Assembly (NCBI GenBank): GCA_963772835.1
Contig: CAVYYZ010000005.1
Coordinates: forward strand, 128,001 to 192,000
Source: an uncultured delta proteobacterium
GTDB lineage: Bacteria; Desulfobacterota; Desulfuromonadia; Geobacterales; Pseudopelobacteraceae
Direction: 5' to 3'
Length of the DNA: 64,000 bases
The first letter of the stretch is position 1; each line of letters starts with the position of its first letter. Below the pieces are notes generated by a model, which worked only from the letters and a program-made list of their open reading frames with translations, did not search any database and was not told the origin of the DNA. Below, one piece after another: positions 31,762-41,846 of this stretch. The translations under genes were made by a program, and so were the position numbers.

Positions 31762-32151
31762 ACATCACCAACAGGTATTTTTCCCGCCAGATTATTCCAA
31801 TTGTCTGACATTATAATTACAGATGAGATTATGCAACATCCCCCTGAAAAAATATGTATCTTTCGCACTCCCACAGATAAATCAGATATTTTTTTGACAT
31901 TTGTGCAGAAAACTTCAGGACCTCCCACAAACTTCTGCCGGTTTTATCAATATATGCAGCACCTTGGTGCTGTCACTACCGACAGTTTTGAATCTGAATC
32001 TGTGGAAGACATAACTATAACCGGCGTGCTGCCCGTAAACAGCCGACTGCGCATTTCATTCGTTAACGCGGCAATTTCAGTATGTTTTCACTTCAGTATG
32101 TGGGTGGGTATTTTTCTAAATGGCGGGCAGCAATGGAATATCGGCGGGTTA

Positions 32152-32520
32152 TCAATATACATGTGGACGTGGCGATTCTCCTGACTCCCGGGAATCAATA
32201 CCCCCGCATTCATCGCATGGTGCGCAGGTTTGCTCCCAGGGGATGTCCACTTTCATCTCGCCGCAGCGTTCACATGAGATGACCGGTATCAACGCCGAGA
32301 TGTAGAAACGAAAGCTGAAGCTGTTTTCGTGCAGCCAGCGGGCCTTACTAACACCTGAGGGGAGCCTGGCGGCTCCGCAGGCAGGACATGAAAATTGTAT
32401 GCCCTCACTGCTCCGGATATAAAGCTCGATATCCCCGCTACGTTCATCCAGGGTCACATTTAATATGCGCCAGTTGGTTGAAAGTCCGAGAATAGCAGAA
32501 TAGAATGAATAATCGTGCAT
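32152..32520 (-). CDS. ISL3-transposase N-terminal Zn-finger-like protein, HgtR-like regulator
   Basis: ILGLSTNWRI...CPACG...RWLH...CERCG...IPW matches the ISL3 N-terminus; no DDE domain follows. Confidence 0.7.
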   Translation of the reverse strand: MHDYSFYSAILGLSTNWRILNVTLDERSGDIELYIRSSEGIQFSCPACGAARLPSGVSKARWLHENSFSFRFYISALIPVISCERCGEMKVDIPWEQTCAPCDECGGIDSRESGESPRPHVY

Positions 32521-32570
32521 GCTGCCGTCCACTACTGAGATTTCGTCGCAAGAATAATGTTTGATCTTTT

Positions 32571-32586
32571 TACATTATATGTGCCA
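32571..32586 (-). promoter_or_regulatory. Candidate sigma-54 promoter (GT variant at -12)
   Basis: Minus strand TGGCACATATAATGTA = GG-N10-GT, 50 nt before the ATG. Confidence 0.55.
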
Positions 32587-32921
32587 TTTTCTTGACAATT
32601 CCTTAAACGGCTGTTTTATGTCACTTTTACGGGGGTATTCCGACGGTTGCAGTCAGCATTTAAATTATATATAAAAACTGAATACTCGAAGTCAAATATG
32701 ATGTAGACTTAAACAGAAAGGCACTTCCGGCGGCTTGGCGGTATTTCGCAATATGTAAATACTTGGCAGGGGTCAGAGGCGATCTTTTCATCTTGTCTGA
32801 ACCAAACCTGATAACTTATTCTATGCGAATAGCAGATTTCTGATTTCTTTTCGTTTTTATGGAATATACATTTTGACCGACGCTTATCCCGTTTCTCAAG
32901 GTTACCGGAGAAGTAGCAGAC

Positions 32922-34544
32922 ATGAAACCTGACAGTTTCGATAGTAGCGATCCGCTGAAACGAAAAACGGTGGTGGAGGATCATCACAGGACGTTTGTCT
33001 TTTCACCGCTGCGTCTGATTTTTACCCTTGCCCTCTGCATATTTATCGTCGAGACGCTCGTCATGATGATACTCGAAAAATTCGAGACTACCAAGAGGGT
33101 AGAGACCCTGCTTGATTCGTCAATACTGACCGTTATACTTTTTGCTATCTTGTATTTCACTCTGTTCAAACCACTCATGGCTTTGATTACGGACTATAAA
33201 TCCAAAGAAACCCAGTTGCAAAACAACCAGGACCACCTTGAACTGAAGGTTCAAAAACGGACCGCCGAACTCAATACCGCATATCATGAACTCACAGCAG
33301 AAAATGCAGAGACTCTCAAGGCCAGAGCCGCCTTGCGTGAAAGTGAAGACCGATTCCGGCAGCTTTTCGAGCAGAGTGAGGATGCAATTGTCCTGATATC
33401 CCCGCAGGACAATGCAATCATCGACGTAAACCCCACTGCAGAACGCATCTTCCGGAAACAACGGGCGGAGCTCATTGCAGGCGGTCTGCCTGCTCTCTGT
33501 GATCCGAAAAGCTGCACATTTTTTGCTTCAACCCTTGATCAGATTATCCAGGAAAATTCGCCCGGATTTATAGAAAAATTTGAATGCACTATTCCTCCCG
33601 GAGAGGTTCACATCCTATCGTTCCACGGCAAAAAAATTCCCCTGCAAGGTTCCGAGGTCATTTATACGACGTTTCGTGACATTACAAACCGTATTCGCCT
33701 TGAGGAACAGGCCCTGGAAATACAGGCGCGTCTGATACAGGCCAACCGGATGACGTCGCTGGGAACCATGGTCAGCAGTGTTGCCCACGAAATCAACAAT
33801 CCGAATAATTTTCTGCTTATGAATGCCGAAATCATCAAGCGGGCCTGGAAGGATATAGCACCTGTCGTTGAGGAACACTTCCACAGAAACGGCGACTTTG
33901 CCGTCGCCCAATCAACGTGGAGTGAGGCCCGCACCTTTCTACCCGACGCCTTCGAAGGAATTCAGCAAGGGGCACTCAGAATCAGTGATATTGTGGGTAA
34001 TCTCAAAGCATATGGTCGCGACGACCGTTTCAAGTGCGAATCCGTAGCAGATGTAAATAACATTGTCCAATTAAGCGCATCAATTCTCAACCATCTTGTT
34101 TCAAATTCGACACGCAGGTTCAAACTCGAACTGGCTGAAGGACTGCCTTTGGTAAGAGGCAGTGCCCTGCAACTGGAACAGGTCGTTATCAACCTGATCC
34201 AGAATGCGCTCCTGGCACTGCCTGATATTGATCATGGGGTAATTGTAGGAACCGGGCTTGACCCGGAAAGCGGTCATGTTCTGATCCGGGTCGCTGACGA
34301 AGGAAGCGGCATACCGGCGGAGATTGCAGCCAGGGTAATGGAACCGTTCTTTACCACCCGCCTGGAAAGGGGCGGCACCGGCCTCGGCCTTGCAATCTGT
34401 TCAACCATCGTCAAGGAGCATGGCGGCAGCATCGAGTTCAGTTCCGAACCGGACAGGGGGACTACGTTCACGGTCCGCCTGTGCCGGGCAGCACAATCAG
34501 ACAATGACACACAGAATATCGAGGTTACTCATGTTCACAACTGA
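32922..34544 (+). CDS. PAS-domain sensor histidine kinase
   Basis: Two closely spaced TMs, coiled coil, PAS (FRQLFEQSEDAI...RDIT), VAHEINNP, GTGLGL. Confidence 0.93.
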   Translation: MKPDSFDSSDPLKRKTVVEDHHRTFVFSPLRLIFTLALCIFIVETLVMMILEKFETTKRVETLLDSSILTVILFAILYFTLFKPLMALITDYKSKETQLQNNQDHLELKVQKRTAELNTAYHELTAENAETLKARAALRESEDRFRQLFEQSEDAIVLISPQDNAIIDVNPTAERIFRKQRAELIAGGLPALCDPKSCTFFASTLDQIIQENSPGFIEKFECTIPPGEVHILSFHGKKIPLQGSEVIYTTFRDITNRIRLEEQALEIQARLIQANRMTSLGTMVSSVAHEINNPNNFLLMNAEIIKRAWKDIAPVVEEHFHRNGDFAVAQSTWSEARTFLPDAFEGIQQGALRISDIVGNLKAYGRDDRFKCESVADVNNIVQLSASILNHLVSNSTRRFKLELAEGLPLVRGSALQLEQVVINLIQNALLALPDIDHGVIVGTGLDPESGHVLIRVADEGSGIPAEIAARVMEPFFTTRLERGGTGLGLAICSTIVKEHGGSIEFSSEPDRGTTFTVRLCRAAQSDNDTQNIEVTHVHN

Positions 34545-35958
34545 TCCGGGGTGCGTACTGATCGTAGACGATGAGATCAACACTCTCAAAGCGACTGCAA
34601 CAACACTCAAAATGAACGGCCTGAAGGATGTTGTGACCGAATCCGATGGTCGCCGTGTATTGGAGATCATGAGTGCAGGCAGAATCGATGTAGTACTTCT
34701 CGATCTCTTCATGCCGCACGTCAGCGGAATGGAGCTTTTACCCCGTTTGCGTGAACTGTATCCGCAGGTACCCGTAATCATCGTCACAGCCGCATACGAA
34801 CTTGAGCGGGCCGTGGAATGTATAAAATCCGGTGCCTTCGATTATCTGGTCAAACCGGTGGAACATGAGCGCATGCTTATCACCCTGAGAAAGGCGTTCG
34901 AATGCAGGACGCTGGCAGATCAGGTTGTCAATTTGCGCGATCACCTGATTGAAGACCGTCTGGACAATCCCGAGGTTTTCGGGGAGATCGTTTCCTGCAG
35001 CCGTAAAATGCGATCTATCTTCCAATATCTGGAAGTAATTGCAAAATCACCCCAGCCGGTTCTGATTACCGGTGAGTCCGGCACCGGTAAAGAGCTGATA
35101 TCCCGCGCCATCCACCGGCTGAGCGGCTGTGCCGGGGAACTGGTGTCTGTCAATCTCGCCGGGCTGGATGATACGATGTTTTCGGACACCCTTTTTGGTC
35201 ATAAACGCGGCGCCTTTACCGGCGCAGACCAGCTTCGTGACGGCCTGATCGTCAAGGCGGCACATGGGGTGATCCTTCTGGACGAAATCGGCGACCTGAG
35301 TGAATCGTCACAGATCAGACTGTTGCGCCTCATTCAGGAGCGGGAATTTTACCCTGTAGGCTCGGATACACCACGAAAATCGGAGGCCCGTATCGTTTGC
35401 GCCAGTAATAAAAATCTCAAGGACCTGGTCGCCTCGGGTCGCTTCCGCAACGATCTCTTCTACCGATTAAATGTCCACCATGTGGATCTTCCTCCGCTCA
35501 GAAACCGGAAAGATGATATCCCGCTCCTGCTGGAACACTTCATTCGCCTCGCTGCACAGAGTCTTGCAATCAACCCTCCTTCCTATCCAAAGGAATTGCT
35601 CGATCTTCTGTCCGTGTACCATTTCCCCGGTAACGTGCGGGAACTGCAGGCGATCGTCTTCGATGCGGTAGCACGCAGCAAATCAGGCAAGCTGTCTCAG
35701 GAACCCTTTCGTCAGATAATGGCTGCCGGGCATACGCAGGCACCAGTTCCCATGAAAACCGGTACTCCGGTGCAGGATCCGCGCCTGGGCAAGCTGGAGG
35801 AAATCTGGGGGCATTTCCCCACACTGGATGAAGCGGAGAGTTATCTTATTGAAGTCGCAATGAATATTGCAAAAGAGAATCAGGGTACCGCTGCCACGAT
35901 GCTTGGGCTCAAACGCCAGACATTTAATATCCGCCTGAAAAAAAGGAGTGCACAATGA
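34531..35958 (+). CDS. Sigma-54-dependent response regulator
   Basis: REC, GESGTGKE, GAFTGA, HTH; ATG 34531 after GAGG, overlapping the kinase stop. Confidence 0.94.
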   Translation: MFTTDPGCVLIVDDEINTLKATATTLKMNGLKDVVTESDGRRVLEIMSAGRIDVVLLDLFMPHVSGMELLPRLRELYPQVPVIIVTAAYELERAVECIKSGAFDYLVKPVEHERMLITLRKAFECRTLADQVVNLRDHLIEDRLDNPEVFGEIVSCSRKMRSIFQYLEVIAKSPQPVLITGESGTGKELISRAIHRLSGCAGELVSVNLAGLDDTMFSDTLFGHKRGAFTGADQLRDGLIVKAAHGVILLDEIGDLSESSQIRLLRLIQEREFYPVGSDTPRKSEARIVCASNKNLKDLVASGRFRNDLFYRLNVHHVDLPPLRNRKDDIPLLLEHFIRLAAQSLAINPPSYPKELLDLLSVYHFPGNVRELQAIVFDAVARSKSGKLSQEPFRQIMAAGHTQAPVPMKTGTPVQDPRLGKLEEIWGHFPTLDEAESYLIEVAMNIAKENQGTAATMLGLKRQTFNIRLKKRSAQ

Positions 35959-36163
35959 TGAATCGATTCCCCCGGCCACTACCTCTGCAAAAATTCAAGC
36001 AGGACAAAATTATTGCTATGTGCGATATAATGCTTCAAAACCGGACAGTTACACAGATATAACTCACTTTATTTATACCCCCCTCTTCGCACGTCGAATT
36101 TTTTAATTTCGCAACAAATCTCTTAACAATCTTAATTTGTTCATAAAATAAGTTTATTTCAGA

Positions 36164-36179
36164 TGGCACGATCTGTGTA
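36164..36179 (+). promoter_or_regulatory. Candidate sigma-54 promoter of the exported-protein cluster
   Basis: TGGCACGATCTGTGTA: perfect -24 TGGCACG, GT at -12, AT-rich tract upstream. Confidence 0.6.
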
Positions 36180-36382
36180 ATGCCAATAAGGCAAAAGATG
36201 TCTTATTGGTATCATGATGCAGAAGACAGTCGAGGTTTTATGAGGGAATGAAGCTATTGATCTGTTTCATATTATGAATGATTAAAACAGGGTGTCGTTA
36301 AATTTTCAGCAGATGTTTCAGACAAGTTCGTGTTGACTATGGTTTGGTCAGAGCAACCTTTTAGTATAATGGAGGATGACGT

Positions 36383-39300
36383 ATGAAAAAGCAGTTAAAC
36401 ATCAGGCCAACTTTTTCCGTACTTGCTGCCGTGGTAGTGTTGTCTTTGATGACAGCGCTGGTACCATCCGCGCAAGCCGCTTTCACCATTAATGTAACCG
36501 GTAAAAATGCCGATGGCACGTCACCTCGACAGGTAACGGACTACAAATGGCTGGTGCAGGAAGATAATGCGTATGATGCGGCCGGGCATGCCGGTGAATT
36601 AAACAGTCGCAACAGTGTGTCTGTGTCGATTCACAGAAGCAGTGCCAAAGTTCTTGCAACCGGCACCGGAACAAATCCCGTGGTTAACCTGCCGTCAAAT
36701 GGCCGTTACTTTCTATCTGTTATGGCCCCGGGATACACGATGACTGGCGGTGCTATCAGGCCCGGCGAAACCGGCAAATCTCTTGTGGTTTACAAAACCC
36801 CGCTGGTTGCTGCACAGATCAAGGTGCTGGTATTTCATGACAAAAGCCCGGTAAACGGTGCACCCGACGCCGAACCGCCGCTACCCGGATTCAAGATTAT
36901 TCTTTATGACCAGTTTGGTCAACAGACTCAGGATATTTTCGGCAATCCGCTCGGAACGATCTATCAGACAACTGACATGCCGGGACAGGCATCGGGTTCA
37001 GGGGTTCCGGTGCTGAATGGTGACGGTTCTCCGACGGTCAAAGTCATGGGTGACGGCAATATTATCAGCTCAGCAACCATGGACTCACTCGGCTTCGCAA
37101 ATGTTACCATATCGAATCTGGGGCCGGGCAAATACGGTGTTCGTGCAATCCCGCAGGACGGCAGGCCCTGGGTACAAACATCCACCATTGAAGGGACACC
37201 GGGTATAGATGCCTGGGTCATTGCCGGCGAACCGCCTTATTATGAAGAAGCGGGTTTTTTTGGTGTTCACGCTTTTATCGGATTCGTACTGCCGACAACC
37301 TTCTGCAGCGCAGTGCCGGCAGACCCCTACTGCCTGAACACCATGTTCAGGGCACCAATGGCCCTTGGCGAAGTGGCTGGTACCATTAACGGGCAGGTCG
37401 TGCAGAACCGTATCAATCGACCACCGGCACAGATGGGGCTGAATCCTGGTGAACCGGTACCGGATGCCTGGATTGCCTTAAGCGATTCCGGGGCTGCTCT
37501 GCGGCAGGTGTATGCAGCTAAGTGTGCCGCTGACGGCAGCTTTTCCATAAATGATGTTCCTCCCGGCACCTATTCGCTCACGATGTGGGATGCCCCTCTT
37601 GATCAACTCATTGACTTTCGCACGGTAACGGTTCCGCCTACTGGCGGAACTATTGCGCTTGGACAGATCCCGATTTTCCAATGGTTTGGTATCTATGAAG
37701 GTTCATACTTTAATGACAAAAACGTGAATGGAATCAGGGACCCCGGTGAAGAGGGTATTCCTAATCTGGCTGCAGGGTTCCGCTTCCGTGATGGTTCCAT
37801 ATATCAGGGACAGGTCTCGGATGCTTCGGGCAATTTCAGTTTTAATGAGGTCTTTCCGTTTTTCAAATGGATCATCGCTGAGAGTGATTACAGCCGCTTC
37901 TACCCTACCGGTGCGACTGTGTATGTTGACAAAGGGGGGAAGAATATCTTCAATATTAATGACAATCCAGCTGACCCCGATTCATCGTTGCTGGAAAAGC
38001 GTGTTGAAGCACCGGGGCCTGGCAGTCTACTGCAGGGGATGTTGCTCTATTTTGACAATACTGCCCGCATTGACTGGGGGCGCGCCCCTTATCCGGTAAC
38101 CGTAGAAGGAAAGACCATCCGGAACGGCGGTATTTCAGGGGTCATTTCCTACGCGTTCACCCGTGCCGCCTCCGACCCTCGATTTGATGGTCAGTCCACG
38201 TGGGAACCGGGTCAGGGCGATGTCGAACTCAAACTTTTCAAAGTTACCGGCTTTGATGCCGGAACCGGCAGACCGCTCTATGACAGCGGCAAACCGGTGG
38301 CGACTACCGTCAGTGACAGTTGGAACCGTTTTGTTTACGGAGATCCAACGCCTCAGCCTGATGCACGGAAAAACAAGGGGCGACAGCCGAATACCGGCCT
38401 CTTGACCGGCTGTCTTGATACTATGCAGGATGCCGGACTGTCGTTGACACCTGCCGGTATTCCGCTCGATCAATACATTGACTGTGCCGAGACCATCGCA
38501 GTATGGAACCAGATCAAACCGGCTGTTTACGATGGCGGGTATATTTTCACCGATATAGAGGATCCCAGCGACAGCACGAAGACAATTCCGATTCCAGCCG
38601 GGCAATACGTGGTTGAGGTCATACCGCCGCTCGGTTATGAAATAAGAAAAGAAGAAGACCAGAATTACGTCGTCTCGGGGGAGTCATATATACCTTCTCG
38701 CCCGCAACCTGCCATAGAACCGGCCACCTGCGTCGGTCCTGATCATGTCGTCCCACAGTTCCTGACGTTTGACGGAGTAAGCCCGGCGCCATTTGCCGGC
38801 ACAACCAGACCACTCTGCAATATGAAACTTGTTACACTGGACGATGGACAGAATGCGGCCGCTGATTTCCGCATCTTTACCCAGGTACCCCTGGCCGCAA
38901 GACTGATGGGACTGGTGACAGACGACCTAGGTCTGGAATTCCGCCCCGGCAACCCTCGCCTCGGCGACAAGCCGGGCGCGTCTTTCATGCCGATATCCAT
39001 TCAGGATTTTAACGGTCACGAGTTGGTGCGTACATATACCGATGAGTGGGGCATTTTTGAGACGTTGGTTCCCTCTACATTCACCACCAACATCCCGAAT
39101 CCTACCGGGGTGAGTCCACACATGGTGAAAGTAGTGTTAAACCACCCCGGATTTGACCACACGAAACCTGATGTATGGTACAAAGCCAACTATCCGACTG
39201 TTGTCTGGAAGATAGATGTATGGCCGGGCAAAATAACATACTCGGATACTCCGATCGTACCGATACGCCCGAACATTGGTGCTGCTGACCTTGATTGCAA

Positions 39301-41776
39301 TCCGCAGGACGGCACCCCGGCCATAAGCCAGGTTAACGGTCCGGCCGGTGGGCCATGGATTGAGAGCAGCGCCGCAGACACTTTCCTTACGATTAGTTCT
39401 TTCGGCAGCACGCTCTTAAGCAATCCTGATCCGGTAGCAGGAGGAGTAATTACGCGTGATTTTGGATTCGGGCAAACAGCTGGCACTGTAACCCTTGATG
39501 GCATATCGGCCCTTGAAGTACAACCGGGCGGCTGGTCAAACACCTCCATCACGGTAAAAGTTCCTGCAGGAACACCAACCGGAGCATACCAACTGGATGT
39601 CACACGTGGAGACAATTCCAGGACAAGTATCAGCGGAATCACACTTCATGTGGGTGTACCGGCTTCTCAGGTAAGACGAGTGCCGTCACAGTATGCAACG
39701 GTGCAAGCGGCCGTAGATGCGGCCGACAATGGCGACCTGATACTCATTGCGCCGGGGAGTTATGCCGAAAACCTGATCATGTGGAAACCGGTCAGGTTGC
39801 AGGGTTACGGAGCTGCTGCAACGGCCATCAACGCCGGCTTTTTTACCCCCGAGAAAAGGGAAGTATGGAATAATTTCCTCAACAATCCGACCACGGGCAC
39901 CGGTATTCTGTCAAATCCGGGAACGGGCAAGAGTTACTCTACTGACCCGGTTGGCAACCCGATACCGGTATTTACCAACGATATGGGCTCTGCAATTCTT
40001 GTTCTCGGCAGACATGATATCGCATCACCGGCAGCGGATGATTTTTATCAATCGCCGTCACGCATCGATGGCCTGCAGCTGACCCAGGCAACACTGGGTA
40101 GCGGCATCTATGTTCACGCATATGCCCATAACCTTCAGATAACAAACAACAAGATTTACGCAAACCAGGGTACTTACGGCGGCGGTATCCGCCTTGGGAC
40201 TCCGGTGGATCCGATAGCAGGAACAGCCAGCTACAGAAGTTCATTCAATGATAACGTGGCGATCAGTCACAATGACATCAGCTCAAACGGCGGCACCGGC
40301 TTTGCTATCGGCAGCGGCGGCGGCATAGGACTTTTCGAGGGATCTGATAATTATCGTATCAGCGACAGCTTTATCTGCGGAAATTATGCGGCTTTGGCAG
40401 GTGCAGGCATTGCACAGCAGGGCTTGAGCAATTCCGGATGGCAGACGAGCCCGGATGGAACTGTTGCCTTACCACGGACACCAAAGTATGGCGTAATAGA
40501 GCACAACATCATCATCTTCAACGAGGCCTTTGACGAAGGAGCCGGTATCTTTCTGGGTGGTGAAGCTACTCTGACACCGAATCTCATCAATCCGGTAACT
40601 CCGGGAGTTGGCAATGTCATAATCAATGGCAATCTTATTCAAGGCAACAAGGCCGGAAACGTTGGCGGCGGAATCAGCCTGGTACGTTACAACGGCCTCG
40701 ACATCCAGAACAATCCGCTCAACATTTCTCCCGATCCTACCAGTGACATAAGCCTGCCGGCCTGGCACAAGGTCTGGATCTATAACAACATGATAGTGAA
40801 TAATATCAGTGCCGGCATAGGCGGCGGCATAGGCATTCTTGATGCCGTCAATGTTGACATCGTGAACAACACCATCAGCAATAATGACACAACGGCTACC
40901 GGAGAGACCGCTTTTGGTAATGTGCCATTTGTCGAAGGTCCGTTCGCCTTGATTGACAAAGTTACAACTCCGCAACCGGCAGGAATAGGTGTACAGCCTT
41001 TCAGCGGCGAGCTAATTTCAAAGATGGATGCTACTCTGCAGCCGGGATATCAGGATTTCAGCAAAGCGCCCTTGATTGCCAATAATATTATCACCGGCAA
41101 CTTCAGTTATTACTGGGCCAACCCGTCAACCAACTCGATAGCCGCACTGTCACCGTATGTTTACTGGGATGCCGGCGTTTTCGGATCGACTACGGCTCAT
41201 CTGAAAATCACGAATTCCATCTTGACCGATCCGACGACTTTTGATGTGAAAAATGATCAGATTGTTACAAGTGGAACAAATAAAGAAACGGATCCGCAAT
41301 TTGTTCAAACGTATCGCAACGCAATAGATACCTTCCAGGGTGGAGCAACCCTTGGCAATTTTATCACCTTCAGCTATTCGCCTTTGACCTTGACCGGCAA
41401 TTACCATATCAAGGGGACATCGAGCGCGATTAATTCAGGGGATTTGACCTCTGTGGTCGACTCAGTAGGTGCAACGCTCATCACATCCGACTACGATGGT
41501 GACAATCGACCGATCAGAAGTGCAAAGGCACCGGACAGCGGTGCAGACGAATACAACAATATTGGCGATGCCAACAATGATGGTCAAATCAACTTTGTAG
41601 ATGTAATGCTCGTGCTTCGACAGGTTATGCTGGCTCCGTCAGCTCAGGATCCTGTGATTAAGGCTCTTGGCGATGTGTATCCATTCAAGTTCGGCAGACC
41701 TTTTGGTGATGGAGTTCTAGACCTTAGAGATGCACTGCTGCTGCTGCAGCATGCCGCGGGTTTCATAGCATGGTAA
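36383..41776 (+). CDS. Large exported multidomain protein (SdrD-B/Cna-like Ig domains, IPT/TIG, right-handed beta-helix, C-terminal dockerin-like domain)
   Basis: Signal peptide (AQA); FNDKNVNGIRDPGEEGI; WSNTSITVKVP; VPSQYATVQAAVDAA...PGSY followed by N/G-rich coils; PDSGADEY; GDANNDGQINFVD tail. Confidence 0.85.
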   Translation: MKKQLNIRPTFSVLAAVVVLSLMTALVPSAQAAFTINVTGKNADGTSPRQVTDYKWLVQEDNAYDAAGHAGELNSRNSVSVSIHRSSAKVLATGTGTNPVVNLPSNGRYFLSVMAPGYTMTGGAIRPGETGKSLVVYKTPLVAAQIKVLVFHDKSPVNGAPDAEPPLPGFKIILYDQFGQQTQDIFGNPLGTIYQTTDMPGQASGSGVPVLNGDGSPTVKVMGDGNIISSATMDSLGFANVTISNLGPGKYGVRAIPQDGRPWVQTSTIEGTPGIDAWVIAGEPPYYEEAGFFGVHAFIGFVLPTTFCSAVPADPYCLNTMFRAPMALGEVAGTINGQVVQNRINRPPAQMGLNPGEPVPDAWIALSDSGAALRQVYAAKCAADGSFSINDVPPGTYSLTMWDAPLDQLIDFRTVTVPPTGGTIALGQIPIFQWFGIYEGSYFNDKNVNGIRDPGEEGIPNLAAGFRFRDGSIYQGQVSDASGNFSFNEVFPFFKWIIAESDYSRFYPTGATVYVDKGGKNIFNINDNPADPDSSLLEKRVEAPGPGSLLQGMLLYFDNTARIDWGRAPYPVTVEGKTIRNGGISGVISYAFTRAASDPRFDGQSTWEPGQGDVELKLFKVTGFDAGTGRPLYDSGKPVATTVSDSWNRFVYGDPTPQPDARKNKGRQPNTGLLTGCLDTMQDAGLSLTPAGIPLDQYIDCAETIAVWNQIKPAVYDGGYIFTDIEDPSDSTKTIPIPAGQYVVEVIPPLGYEIRKEEDQNYVVSGESYIPSRPQPAIEPATCVGPDHVVPQFLTFDGVSPAPFAGTTRPLCNMKLVTLDDGQNAAADFRIFTQVPLAARLMGLVTDDLGLEFRPGNPRLGDKPGASFMPISIQDFNGHELVRTYTDEWGIFETLVPSTFTTNIPNPTGVSPHMVKVVLNHPGFDHTKPDVWYKANYPTVVWKIDVWPGKITYSDTPIVPIRPNIGAADLDCNPQDGTPAISQVNGPAGGPWIESSAADTFLTISSFGSTLLSNPDPVAGGVITRDFGFGQTAGTVTLDGISALEVQPGGWSNTSITVKVPAGTPTGAYQLDVTRGDNSRTSISGITLHVGVPASQVRRVPSQYATVQAAVDAADNGDLILIAPGSYAENLIMWKPVRLQGYGAAATAINAGFFTPEKREVWNNFLNNPTTGTGILSNPGTGKSYSTDPVGNPIPVFTNDMGSAILVLGRHDIASPAADDFYQSPSRIDGLQLTQATLGSGIYVHAYAHNLQITNNKIYANQGTYGGGIRLGTPVDPIAGTASYRSSFNDNVAISHNDISSNGGTGFAIGSGGGIGLFEGSDNYRISDSFICGNYAALAGAGIAQQGLSNSGWQTSPDGTVALPRTPKYGVIEHNIIIFNEAFDEGAGIFLGGEATLTPNLINPVTPGVGNVIINGNLIQGNKAGNVGGGISLVRYNGLDIQNNPLNISPDPTSDISLPAWHKVWIYNNMIVNNISAGIGGGIGILDAVNVDIVNNTISNNDTTATGETAFGNVPFVEGPFALIDKVTTPQPAGIGVQPFSGELISKMDATLQPGYQDFSKAPLIANNIITGNFSYYWANPSTNSIAALSPYVYWDAGVFGSTTAHLKITNSILTDPTTFDVKNDQIVTSGTNKETDPQFVQTYRNAIDTFQGGATLGNFITFSYSPLTLTGNYHIKGTSSAINSGDLTSVVDSVGATLITSDYDGDNRPIRSAKAPDSGADEYNNIGDANNDGQINFVDVMLVLRQVMLAPSAQDPVIKALGDVYPFKFGRPFGDGVLDLRDALLLLQHAAGFIAW

Positions 41777-41846
41777 ATTGCAACGGAAACGCCAAAACCA
41801 CCGTCAGGGGGCGCCCTGCAAGCGTCAGGCAACAGGAGGAATCCAG

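Noticed and set aside
31762..32151. 166-aa ORF (31684-32184) or sRNA in the AT-rich gap
   Set aside because: It overlaps genes at both ends, has no RBS or motif, and no convincing structure was seen
32152..32520. Active ISL3 insertion sequence
   Set aside because: Only 122 aa, no catalytic domain in neighbouring frames, no terminal inverted repeats seen
35959..36382. GEMM-I (c-di-GMP/cGAMP) riboswitch in the leader
   Set aside because: Could not find the GNRA tetraloop/receptor and GCAAA/GACGCAAAG core by eye; an Infernal scan would be decisive
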